Part shown: positions 53,008-64,000 of the stretch, piece after piece | Numbering within the stretch: position 1 is the first letter of the stretch | Layout: every line of letters starts with the position of its first letter | Assembly: GCF_009914755.1 (NCBI RefSeq) | Contig: NC_060930.1 | Origin: the human T2T-CHM13v2.0 reference genome, Homo sapiens | Strand: one strand, 5' to 3' | Length of the DNA stretch: 64,000 bases | Made by a program: the position numbers and the translations under genes | The notes under the pieces: generated by a model | The model's input: only the letters and a program-made list of their open reading frames with translations | Told to the model about the DNA's origin: nothing | The model's database searches: none

Positions 53008-53237
53008 TCCTAAGTAAGAAAAATTGAAAATATTTGTGCTTTTGTTAATCTGCTAAAAAAGTATATTATCAAAGAATCTCACGACCACCTATTTTTTAGG
53101 TGGAAGAATATAAAATAAAGAAGATGTTCCTCAGAACTCTCAGATTTAGTTCTGATAAGCAGAAATAATATATTTCTGACACTTAACACATACTAGCTGC
53201 TAAAGGAAAATAAAAGGCACATTATTCTAGCATTCTT

Positions 53238-53517
53238 TTTTTTTTTTTTTTTTCAAGACGAAGTCTCGCTCTTGTCCCCTAGGCTGGAGTTTGATGGCAC
53301 AATCTTGGCTCATTGCAAACTCCGCCTCCCAGGTTCAAGCAATTATCCTGCCTCGGCCCCCAGAGTCACTGGGATTACAGGCACACACCACCACACCCGG
53401 CTAATTTTTGTATTTTTAGTAGAGATGGGGTTTCACCATGTTGGCCAGGCTGGTCTAGAACTCCTGACCTCAGGTGATCCGCCCTCCTCGGCCTCCCAAA
53501 GTGCTGGGATTACAGGC
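53238..53517 (-). mobile_element. AluSq/Sp-like element lacking its first ~20 nt
   Basis: Perfect 15-bp TSD TATTCTAGCATTCTT at 53223-53237 and 53518-53532. The Alu 5' end stops at GCCTGTAATC, so the A-box region is absent. Confidence 0.95.
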
Positions 53518-54510
53518 TATTCTAGCATTCTTAAAATCACCAGTAAACAGATTATTCCTTTTCTATAAATATCTTATTTATTCACATTTTTCCAATTAAG
53601 AATTATTCACAGAACACATTATTTTAACAGAGAAACCTGAATATGAATAGTTAAATTAACACTCTGATTCAATAAATAATAACATAATCATTAATTTAAT
53701 TCATTGATATTAAAGATGAGGTTAGGCAATTCTCAGAGAGTTACCCTCTAAAATAAAGATAAGAAAGTGAGGCTGAGTACAGACCAGAAAGCCAGTGAAG
53801 CTTTCTTAATAATAGTTTAATGGACTATAAGGTTTCATTTATAATAAATACTAAAAAATGAAATAAAGCTATCCAAATGTCAAACCCAACCTAAATTCTT
53901 TTTCTTTTTTCCTTCCTAAATATACATATGTTCAAACACCCATACACAGTTCCAAATGATCCCTTTTAGTTTATGCCTTATAGTGGGATACAATACACCA
54001 GAAAAAACAAGGCTACACCATAAATAAAGCATTTAAATTCCTGTAATTATAAGTTAGTCTCTACCAAAACAGATAATCTGTACTCCTTAATTTATAACAT
54101 CACCTGGGATCATTAAATTATTTTACAAGCAGGATATTATATAAATAAAATGATCAAATCTAAGGTTTAGAAGTTTGCCTAAATTTAGTTTCCAGAGTTA
54201 TGCAGAAATAGTTGAAGTGGAAATATTATTGTTACATAGACTAATAATGCATTAGTTAATATATATAAATTAACAATCTTTTGGAAAATAAACATTGTGA
54301 CATCATGTGGAACCACATTTTATTTGATAACATGATTTCTGGTTGATAAGAGATGAAATGTTTTCCTTTACAAAAATAAAAGTTATTTGTATATCTATAT
54401 TGTCAGTTGGGTCACATTAACATTATACGAGGATTAATGGCTGACAGAGATACTAAACTCTAGACTAATTACTTGTGATGATGATATTTTTGAATACTGG
54501 TTCAAATGAC

Positions 54511-55017
54511 TTTTTAAAAAAACATTTATTTTAAGTTCAGGAATACATGTGCAGGTTTGTTTCATGGCACTTGCAAGATTGTGGAAGAAAAGGAACTCTT
54601 ATACACTGTTGGTGGGAATGTAAATTAGTTCAACCATTGTGGAAGACAGTGGGGCGATACCTGAAAGACCTCAAGAGAGAAACATCATTTAACCCACCAA
54701 TTCTATTTCTGGGTATATACCCAAAGGAATATAAATCATTCTATTATAAAGATACATGCACACGTATGTTCATCACAACACTACTCACAATAGTAAAGAC
54801 ATGGAATCAACCTAAATGTCCATCAGTGGTAGACTGGATAAAGAAAATGTAGTACATATACACAATGGAATACTATGCAGCCATAAAAAAGAATGAGATC
54901 ATGTCCTTTGCAGGTACATGGATGGAGCTGGAGGCCATTATCCTTAGCAAACTAATGCAGGAACAGAAAAGCAAATACCACATGTTCTTATTCATAGGGA
55001 ACTAAATGGTGAGAACA
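54511..55017 (-). mobile_element. Short 5'-inverted older L1PA (minus terminal piece ~54511-54561, plus piece ~54572-55017)
   Basis: The reverse 3' terminus TTTTAAGTTCAGGAATACATGTGCAGGTTTGTT is followed by forward ORF2 C-terminus ([16 protein letters not shown]). Degenerate TSD CAAATGACTTT / CAAATAACTCT. Confidence 0.85.
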
Positions 55018-55322
55018 AATAACTCTAAACTCTGTGCTCTGTGTGCTGATTTGCTCTAGAGAAAGGCTAAGTCAAATTCAATGTAGAACTTTCATCTCCT
55101 ATATATGTTACATATATAGGTAGGTAAATGCTATACATAATATATGTAAAACACAAACTAAAAAGTGTTCAATCACACACATATGAAATACATAAAATAT
55201 TATACCATATATGTATATACATACAGAGGGAGAGAGAGAGTGAGAGAGAGAGATAAATGAATAATAGAGAGATATAAGATTTAAGTATATGAGAGATAAG
55301 GAGGAAAGGGGAGAGAGGGAGA

Positions 55323-55780
55323 TGGTATGGGTTGAATTGTGTTCCCCCTGAAATATATTAATACATTAAAGTTCTAACCCTCTAAGTACCTCAGAATATG
55401 ACCTTTTTGGAAATAGTATTATTGCAGTTGTAGTTAGTAAAGTTAAAAGGATAAGGCCATATTGGAATAGGGTGGACCTTTAATCCAACATGACTAGTGT
55501 CCTTATAAAAAGAGGACAGACAAGCAAAGAGAGAATGCCATGTGAAGACAGAGGATTAGAATGATGCAACTACATGTCAAAGAATACTTGAGATTACCAA
55601 AAGCTAGGAGAGAGGCACAGAGCAACAGATTCTTCCCTAGTGCCTTCAGAGAGAGCATAGCCCTGCCAGCACCTTAGTTTCAGACTTCTGGCCTCCAGAA
55701 CTGTAATACAATAAATCTTTGTCGTTTTAAACTATACAGTTTTTGGTAGTTAGTTAAGGCAGCCCTAGCAAACTAATACA
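55323..55780 (+). mobile_element. MLT1C-type MaLR solo LTR
   Basis: TGGTATGGGTTGAATTGTG; GTACCTCAGAATATGACC; GACTTCTGGCCTCCAGAACTGT; ends GCAGCCCTAGCAAACTAATACA. Confidence 0.88.
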
Positions 55781-56540
55781 GGAAGACTGGATGGGGGAGA
55801 GAGGGAAGGGGGTGCATAACATGTACCAGGATCTGTACTAGAAAATCACCTACTAGAAGATTTAGATATATGAATAAAGTGATTAAATATTTCAGTAGAA
55901 TATGGAAGACTTAAAGACAGGGGAGAGTGTAAAAAAAGCTATTCAGAGATCAGTTCAGAAAAAAGAAATATTGCTACCTGGCTCATCCAAGTCAGCAGAC
56001 GTAGCAAGTGTAGGATTCCAGAAATAAACAGAAGGGGAAATTTTAATCCGTTCATAATAGCTATCAATATAATGCTGGGGCATTGATAATGTGATTATAA
56101 GATAAGTACCTTCTCAGTTTCAATATTTTTTTGCCTTTCATTGAGATGATTATTTGAGAGAGAAAACTCAAGAGTAGAAGCAAGTTTGGGGGAGAAGATG
56201 CCAAAGTGTTTTTTATGTCCCGAGATTGAGGTTGCAGTTGCATAGCGCAGAATATGAAAAAAAAAATTCTGAGAATAGGGGTCTGTGGATCCCCACCTCT
56301 TTTAGGGATCCAGCAGAGGGGGGATCATGAAGGTTAATGAAAAGATAAAAGTCTTAAAAATCAAACGAAAATCGGAAAAGTGAAAGTAAGAAAGGCTTTC
56401 AGCAGGGATAGAATGTTGGAAGGGCTAACCTTGATAGAAAATACTTAGCAGAATCATGGGGAAAGAAGAAACCAAACTGTAGTCATATTTCAGAGATGAA
56501 TCAAGTCTGGGGCATGGTATCCTTATTAAAATAAAGAATG

Positions 56541-56830
<290 letters not shown>

Positions 56831-58689
56831 CTAATACATGTGTGTTTGTTTTCTCAAATAGATTTTCTAGCAAGAGAAATACATGATGATAAAATATTTA
56901 GCCATTTAAGTATAAAATTTATTTAGAAAATAGCTAACAAACTAATATTTTATCCATGGCAAATTGAACAGCTTTATCTTCTATCTCTTGCAGGTCTCTC
57001 TGTATGTTCAAATCTTTCTGATGCTTCACTTGTTTACTCTTGAGATTTGATTTATATTTCTGAAAATCCATCCATGGCAAAATTTCTTTGTGCAAAGTAT
57101 ATTGATGTTGTGACTGCTGATATACCCTTTACTTTTTCAACCACAGTATAGACATTTTATATCATTCTTCCATATACAGGAAAGGATTATATATCAAATT
57201 AGAACAGCCATTAATGATTATAACAATGCAGGTAAGTATGAAATTAATGTATTATTAGTTTTTTAAATACTAAGAATCATGACCCTAGAAAACTGTAATA
57301 ATAGGAAATTTCAGAGGATAAAATTTCCTAGAAATAGTAACTTACAAAAATTATACACCCATTTAAAAGTTGACTGTTTTTAATGGCTAAGACCTAACCA
57401 GACCAATCCTCCCACAGATAACAAAAGTAAGCCCAAGACATAATCAAGAAAAACAGCCACTTGAGGGCACTGAAAAAGAAACAGAAGCAGGACTGGAAGT
57501 GGACAAACAATATTTTTACCCACATCTCTCTGACCAGAACTCATTCACATGACTGCAATTTATCTGAAAGGGAGACCTAGGAAGGTAGATTTTTCTCTGT
57601 GCTCAAAAGAGGAAACTGGATGAGCATCATCCAACAAGTCTCTGTCACATACAGATTTTACCCAGAGCAGCGAAACTAGCTGGATGCTAAGTACGTCTCA
57701 CATATGCTTTTCTTCTTTCTGTAACATATCACAATAATCAATTTTCCTTTATTTCTTCCAAAGCTGAAGAGCTGAAAGCTTTTGTCTCTTCTATCAACAA
57801 TTCCAACTGTACGTTCTTCTTCATTTGACATTCACATTTTTATTCATTCAGTTACTTAAGGACAGAAGTATACATACAAATCAAGACATAAGATAAAAAA
57901 ATTTAAAATCCATCCAAAATCTCAACAGTTTTGTTGAATTTTCCATTGTTTCCTTAGAAAGCTAACAGAGGTCTGTCTAACAGGTAGCATACCTTTTCTC
58001 TATGGGAAGTCAGAACCAGTTGAAAAATAACAGTGAAGCAGCAGAAAGACAAAAATATCAGATTATTACTGTAAAAGAAACTAAAAAAATATAACTTATA
58101 TACACAAGAGAGTTTTCCAATTCTGAGCTCTAGAATTAGACATATGTCCCCCCTCACCTACCCACATGCAGTGCAATATATCCTCACTTGCATGAAGAGT
58201 GTTGCCCATTACAATCCAGAGCATGAAGGTGCAGAGCAAAATACACCTTTCCTATGGGAGAGTAGCTTACTGTAGACGGAAGGAGATAGAGACTGGTTAT
58301 GATTACTCAGCTCCTTCCTCCAACTCAACCATATAAGCCACTCCTCCCTGCAGATAGAAGGAACTGAGAAACTGGAGAGCACTCTGGAGCTTTAAGTCAT
58401 TGGAGGATCTTTCACATGAAAAGAAATAGGAGACATTGTGAAGATGCCAGCCCCAACCACAATAAAAAAATACGCCTTTTAAAAATAATACATATAATAT
58501 TTAAATTAGAAAATAATTACTTCCTTAGGTTATTTAAATTATTCTGTTTATGTATCTTCCCATAATCTTCTCAACCCACCGGAATAAACAATGTTTTTAT
58601 AATTTTGGTTTCATAACTCCAGAATACCAGTGATCAGCCCGATTATGAAATACAATCTTTAATAAATCATAGATTTTCAGAATCATAGG

Positions 58690-60674
58690 TTTTATAATCA
58701 TGAGGACTTATGTTGAAGAAGCCAAAGTTGCAAACAGGTATTACCTTCATTAAATTGGGATCTTACTTAAATGAGAGATAATCAATGTAAATATTAATAC
58801 AGTACAGGAAAAGATTAATATGATACTCTATGATTGTTTATATGTCATAAACTATATTTCCGTGAAGTTGGTATCACATTCAGAAATAACACCTATAAAA
58901 AGAAATATTTCTCATAATATATAGCTTTTAATTTTAAAGATTTTGTACTTTATAAAGATGTTCATGCATGTTGGATTGATCTTAACCCAACTAGATTCAA
59001 CATTTTAATCCTTACTTAGCCAAAAGGTACATGAGTTGTGCCTGATTTGTAAAAATTTTGATTTGACTCCTTTTAGATTTTACATTTAAATTCCCAATAA
59101 ACCCAAGAAAACTCGCTTTCAAGGATTAGAATCACTGTATGAAAAAATTTACATTGCCACAGAAGATACTCAATGACAATTTAGAATCATTCAACAAAAG
59201 TTTGAATAATATGATCAAGAATAGGTTGATTGACACTTTTGCATAAAACTAATAGTACAATGATTTCTTTCGTGGACCTCTAAAAGCTCTCAGCAGAGCA
59301 TATCTAATATGTTTGTTTTAAACATGGAATCTAAAAGTTCTTATGCAACACACAGAAATGTTTACTATGCCATAATACCAATAGCTACCTAAAGGTTAGG
59401 GATCTAAGAGGGCAAAATAAGACATCATCAGTATTTAATATATATTCATTCTAAATGTCTCTGTGAAAGTGAAGTTCCACAGGAGTCTTTATAATGATGC
59501 ACTGAGATGGTGGTGGTCTTGGGAAGTAAAGAAAAGAAAGCCACATGACTAAGGTTTGATCCACCTGCTTCAAATAATCTAAACATATTTCTTTCTCCTC
59601 TTTTTTTTTTTTTTTTGTTTTATTAAGCACTTAACGTTTTTCTCCCAATGAGAGAAGTACCAGTTTCAAGTAGACCAGGATAGACTTTAGATGACCAAAA
59701 GCCTAGATCACTTCGGTGAGATACAGGAAAACTGAAGTTTGCACCTCGTAAAATTAGACCATATTTACTCATTTTTAGGCTTCTGGGAAGCCAAATACTA
59801 TTATTAAAATCAGGGACTCAACACATTTAGCAGGGGTTATAGGGTTTGGTATCAGAAAGATGTGAACTAACAGACTATAGAAATTTCCTGGCCTGAGAGT
59901 CTTTATATCTTCTCAGAAAGAGATGATCTGATTAAAAAAAAAAAAAAAAAGGTGCCAAAGAACAAACCCTGACACTATGTTATTTTCATCTACAACATCT
60001 GTGTTACATTATTATTTATTTCAAACACTAAATCAATTCAGAGAATAATGCATGTGCTTAATGCAGAAGGAGCAATGTCTCTTCGCCGTTTTCAATAAGA
60101 GCTGAGTCTTTCTCATGAACCTAAAATCATACTGTCACTAATCCAGATCTTTAACAATCAATCAATCCTATATTCAAATGACCAGAAAAAAAAGCTAAAT
60201 TCATATATAGAAGCCTTTCACAACTGGGTTGTGACTTTTTTATTTAAGGAGTATATATTCAACGTCATGTAATTGATTGTTCTCAGTCAAGATTTCTGAC
60301 TTAGAAGTAAACATATATAATTTATTTAGCACTTACTGTGGACTTACTAAATTCCAAATGCTGTCTTAGACTCAATCTTTATAATTGAAGAGTTGCTTTT
60401 CAAACACATAGTTGGTAATACAATATGGTAAATGTGATTTATAAATTAGCAAAATACTGAAGAAGCAGCAGAGATTGAAAAATAATTAGGTAGAGTACTT
60501 GGAGATAGGCTTACAAAAATGACATTTAGGCTACATTTTCTTGAAAAATGATCAACTGATGTCTTGATTAGAACAGTCTGAGTCTAATAAAAGTGTCAAA
60601 TTGTCTTACATATGTAACAATAAAACATAAGTTGTTTTTTATAATTATGAGGACTTATGTTGAAGAAGCCAAAG
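58690..60674. repeat. Pair of 38-bp dispersed direct repeats (58690-58727 and 60637-60674)
   Basis: TTTTATAAT(C/T)ATGAGGACTTATGTTGAAGAAGCCAAAG; 37 of 38 positions identical. Confidence 0.95.
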
Positions 60675-61557
60675 ATAAAACTACAGTATCATAGAATCCA
60701 TAAAGCATCAAAATATAGAATCCTGAAAGTTTATATAAGTGAAGTTTTTAAATTAATGATTGATTGACACTAGGGCAGAGATTCTGTTTTCAAAACTGTC
60801 CAACTGGATAATTTGAACCAATCCTTCAAATTGATTTAATACTTAAAAATCTTATTAAAAGCAACAAAAGACTAATGAAGAGGAGGAATCACTCGGCCAA
60901 GGTCCCAGAGAAGAGTGACTCTGGAGAGATAAGTCTGGCATTTGGGTTTGCTTTCACCCTTGGGGCATCTTGCCAACACGGGAAGAGACAACAAAGGGAC
61001 CGCACAGCATGTTCATTACCTCTCATGCTACAGGGATGAAATGTGGAGTCAAGAGTAGTCAAATGGAAAAAGAGTAAGGATATACCAAAAGAAAGCAGCC
61101 CTCAATGGATGGTAGCCAGGCTGCTAGTCATCTGAGTAGACGAGAACAATCCCAAGCCTTAAAACACGATTAAAGTGATTTTTAAAATCTCCAATGTTCT
61201 GGGTATCTAAAAGAGCAAAAGAATATCCCCTTTAGAATCAGATATTATCATCTTAGACATATAATTATTTCCTCAAGCATTTTTAATAACAATCTGCAGC
61301 ACACAATGGCAGGTATACAAGCAAAGATAACATGACATGAACAGAACCAACACAAACAAAAGAAAATGGGCAAAGGCCCAGAAAGAGTACAGAAGTGAAA
61401 ATTATCAGAAAAAGACAGATATCAAATATGTATAAAGATAAAATTTGAAACTAAAAACTTTAGCCAGGAATTGGTAACATTTAAAGAGGTATGTTATAAA
61501 TTTAAAATAAAATCAAACAGAATTTCCAGAAAATAAATATTTAATAAATAAAAGTAA

Positions 61558-62072
61558 AAACTAGCAATCTCAACATGGGGTATCTATCTGAAGGAAGTCA
61601 TTTTATCAAAATAAGTATCTTCACTCACATGTTTATCACAACACTGTTCACAGTAGCAAAGACAGAATCAACTTAAGTATCCATCAACAGATAACTGGAT
61701 AAAGAAAATGAAGTATATATCCACAATGAAATACTGTTAAGCCATAAGAAAATAAAATCATGTCTTTTGCAGTAACATAAATGGAATTGGATGCCATTAT
61801 CTTAAGTGAAACAACTCAAAACAGAAAGTTAAACACTGTGTATAATTGGGAGCCAAATAATATGTATGTGGACATACAGTGTTGATTTACAGACACTAGA
61901 GATTCAGAAGCACAGGGGGGAAGAAGTGGGCAGGGTAATGAGAAATTACTTAATAGGTTCAATATGTATTATTTGGTTGATGAACACACTAACAGCCAAG
62001 ACTTCACCACTATGCAGTATAAGGATGTAACAAAAGTGCACTTGTATTCCTTAAATTTATACAAATAAAAAA
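61558..62072 (+). mobile_element. L1PB4-like 3' end
   Basis: GACTTCACCACTATGCA...CACTTGTATTCCTTAAATTTATACAAATAAAAAA terminus. Confidence 0.8.
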
Positions 62073-62679
62073 CTAAATAGGCAGATTTAACTGCAGATGA
62101 AACACAGCTAACTTGAGAATTAATGAACTTGGAGATTTTGTAGAAGGAAGTGTAAAGACCAAAAAAGAGAAAAATATATATGATTATAAGAGATACAGAA
62201 AGCAGAGGGAAAGGAACTAACATAAATTGAATCAGAGTGCCAGAAGAACAGAACAGAGAAAATAAATGGAAAAAACCATAAATAAATAATAGCTTAGAGT
62301 TTCCAAAACTGATTAAAGACATCAATCCACAAATTCAATATTACAATCAATTCTAAAAATGACAAACAAAAACAAATTCTCATGTGTGATTATATCAACA
62401 TGAAATAGCGAAAAATAAATACAAAGATAAATAGTAAAATAAAATTGAAAAACCCATTACCAACCTAAAAGATGCATATTAGAAGAAAATTCACTATAGA
62501 AAACATTTTTGAAATAATTTGGGATTTTAAAATATGGAATCGATATTAGATAATATAGGTTTATTTTTCTTAAGAGTAATAATGCACTATAGTTACATAA
62601 GAGAATGTCCTTATTCTTAGGAGACACACACTGAAGTATCTAGGGCTGAAGTTGCACATCTTTAATTTATTTTCAAGTT

Positions 62680-62905
62680 TTATATATATATTTTTATTTA
62701 CTATATGATATATAGTTACTATATATGATAGTATATATAATTGTATATATATAACTTGAAATTATGTGCATAGTTTTATATATATAACTGTATATACAAT
62801 CATTTTATATAGATCTATACTTGAAATTATATATATATATTAATAGTATATATATAACTGTATATACTATCTGAATATATAGTACATATGTATATATTCT
62901 GTATG
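62680..62905. repeat. TA-rich low-complexity tract
   Basis: Interrupted (TA)n with repeated ACTTGAAATTAT and TATATATAACTGTATATAC units. Confidence 0.85.
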
Positions 62906-63845
62906 TTTGAAATTTTTAAAAATAAAAAAGACAAAGAACATACTATAAGTAGGGAAAAAAGAAATTTCTAGGGAGGAGCATGAGATGGACTGACATAATT
63001 TCTCAGTAACAGCAATGTAAGCCAGAAGCAATTGAATGATGTTCTCAAATATTCCAAAAAAAAGTACAATCTAGAATTCTATACAAAATGAAAATCTTTC
63101 AAAAATGAAGGTGAACTAAAGACCAATTCAGTCAAACCAGAGAATTTGCCACCAACAAACTTGTACAATTTAAATAGTAACATATTTCTTCTTCAGCAAT
63201 AAATGATCTCAGATGAGAGTGCATAGATGAAAGGACAAAGCACAGCAATGAAATAGTAGCTACATGAGGAAACCTAAATAACAATTTTCTTTAGTAAAAC
63301 AGTAACAATATTTTGGTGGAAATTATACATTGTACACATATACACAAATATACATAAGTGTATGTATGTATGCAAGTATGTATAGCAAATGCACACACAA
63401 GTACATAGTTAAAATATACAGTAAAATTGGCATATAATCTTAAGAGGGTAAATAACAGTAAATGGAAATAGAGTGTTCTAAGGTACTTATATTGATCAGG
63501 AGGAAGGTAGAATTAACAATTAACATTAGACTATTATCATTCAACATTAGAAATTACATATTGTAATTTCTAGGGCAATGAATGAAAGAATACCATAAGA
63601 ACATAGAGATTTATAACACATAAAAATAAAATATTGAAATAATCAACAGAAGGGAATCCAAGAAAAAATATGGTAACATCAAACAAGTAAGACAAATAAA
63701 AACAGAATATGATAGATTTAAAAGCAAGTATGTCAGTGACTATTTCAATGGAAATGAAATTAAAGCTCCAATTTAAAGAAAAAATTTGTTAGATTACAAA
63801 TAAATGCTTAATAATTTACTGTTTATAAAGGACATAAATTAATCA

Positions 63846-64000
63846 TATGACCCAGAAATCTCTATTCTGAGTATATACCCCAAAGAAATTAAATCACCAC
63901 CTTGTAAAGATATCTGCATTTCCATGTTCATTGCACATTATTCACAATTCCCAAGATATGAAAGCAATACGTGTCCACTGACACATAAAGGAACTGTGAT
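63846..64000 (+). mobile_element. L1MA-type 3' region running off the window
   Basis: ATATGACCCAGAAATC..GTATATACCCCAAAGAAATTAAATCA..GATATCTGCATTTCCATGTTCATTGCA. Confidence 0.75.

Larger units (their letters stand above)
60780..63845 (+). mobile_element. Very old L1M (L1MC/ME-like) 5'/ORF1 fragments with nested younger pieces
   Basis: A-rich ORF1-like motifs (GAGTGCCAGAAG; TTTCCAAAACTGATTAAAGACATCAATCCACAAATTCAA; TCTAGAATTCTATAC; AAAATGAAGGTGAA). Confidence 0.6.

Overview
This is primate, almost certainly human, AT-rich and repeat-dense genomic DNA. It is a 64-kb slice through the STAR-family RNA-binding gene KHDRBS2 (SLM-1), which lies on the minus strand. Only one coding exon is present: a 128-nt exon at 20091-20218 encoding [43 protein letters not shown], consistent with exon 2. 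Everything to its right is intron 1 and everything to its left is intron 2. The rest is nested transposon debris: L1 (L1PA4-like, L1P4-like, L1PB4-like, L1MA/MB/M), L2, MIR, Alu/FLAM/FAM, MaLR and ERVL LTRs, and Tigger/hAT DNA elements, plus microsatellites. All other ORFs in the track are repeat-derived or chance. I see no evidence of a new multi-gene system. The observations most worth checking are five. First, a 54-nt double-hairpin small-RNA retrocopy whose A-tail runs into a (TA)n array. Second, a weak exon-2 donor with an in-frame read-through and an AATAAA, a possible intronic-polyadenylation isoform lacking the KH domain. Third, an unexplained 38-bp direct repeat 1947 bp apart. Fourth, a 41-bp minimal L1 insertion with a perfect TSD. 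Fifth, three twin-priming inverted L1s. Subfamily names come from recalled consensus sequences, and the boundaries of old elements are approximate.
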